A DNA stretch of 64,000 nucleotides from Nitrososphaerota archaeon (GTDB taxonomy: Archaea; Thermoproteota; Nitrososphaeria_A; Caldarchaeales; Calditenuaceae). Below, one piece after another: positions 63,559 to 64,000 of the stretch (position 1 is the stretch's first letter; each line of letters begins with the position of its first letter). The stretch lies in contig JBEPYO010000001.1 in NCBI GenBank assembly GCA_041641295.1, forward strand, positions 1,486,300 to 1,550,299. Direction: 5' to 3'. A model generated the notes under the pieces. The model had not been told where the DNA came from. It worked only from the letters and a program-made list of their open reading frames with translations, and searched no databases. The translations under genes were made by a program, and so were the position numbers.

Positions 63559-63582
63559 AAGGCAGGCCGCGAGTATTGTAGG

Positions 63583-64000
63583 TTGAGAGAGGCAAGCCAG
63601 GCGATCTTCAGGGCATACGACATCCGTGGAAGATATCCTGCAGACTTGGACGAGACCGTAGCCTATCGCGTTGGCCTATCCTTTGCGAAGATGCTCGGCG
63701 GCGAAGGCAAGGTCTTGGTCGGGAGGGATGTCAGGCTCAGCGGCCCAGCCCTCTCACAAGCACTGACTGCAGGCCTCCTCGACGGAGGGCTCGAAGTCCG
63801 AGATGCAGGCATGGTCCCTACTCCTGTCCTATACCTCGGCGTCGTTGAATTGGGCTACAGTGGTGGAGTACAGGTGACTGCGAGCCACAACCCGCCCGAG
63901 TGGAATGGATTCAAGCTGGTGCTGGGTGATGGCGAGACTGTATCAGAAGTGCGCGGGATGAGCACACTCAAGAAAATATTCTTCGAGGAGGTTAAGGCAG
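63583..64000 (+). CDS. Phosphomannomutase/phosphoglucomutase (partial, runs off window end)
   Basis: TTG 63583 reads MREASQAIFRAYDIRG..., GRDVRLSG, PTP, TASHNPPEWNGFK. Confidence 0.9.
   Translation, partial: MREASQAIFRAYDIRGRYPADLDETVAYRVGLSFAKMLGGEGKVLVGRDVRLSGPALSQALTAGLLDGGLEVRDAGMVPTPVLYLGVVELGYSGGVQVTASHNPPEWNGFKLVLGDGETVSEVRGMSTLKKIFFEEVKA

Overview
Gene-dense archaeal chromosomal segment. Gene content (RadA, Pcc1, TiaS, CDC48, a CdvB/ESCRT-III paralog, EgsA, geranylgeranyl reductase, tetraether synthase, heme o synthase, membrane cupredoxin, F420-linked enzymes) fits a thermophilic, probably aerobic TACK archaeon such as Caldarchaeales/'Aigarchaeota'; this is inference, not a database result. 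Most of the window is housekeeping or metabolic. A visibly AT-rich island (~23.1-32.2 kb) carries a Type III restriction-modification locus and a PD-(D/E)XK nuclease. The mod gene and the nuclease gene are each broken at an A7 run, in opposite directions. The island ends in a 73-nt tRNA-like element with a perfect acceptor stem and an intact T-arm that overlaps the nuclease stop codon. Other leads: an unknown P-loop protein sitting where ThiM is expected in a thiW-thiDN operon; a Cys/His-tailed HTH regulator divergent from tes with a palindromic operator candidate, near sufS; and patches of A/C versus G/T skew that ignore coding strand. I found no rRNA, CRISPR array, integrase or transposase.
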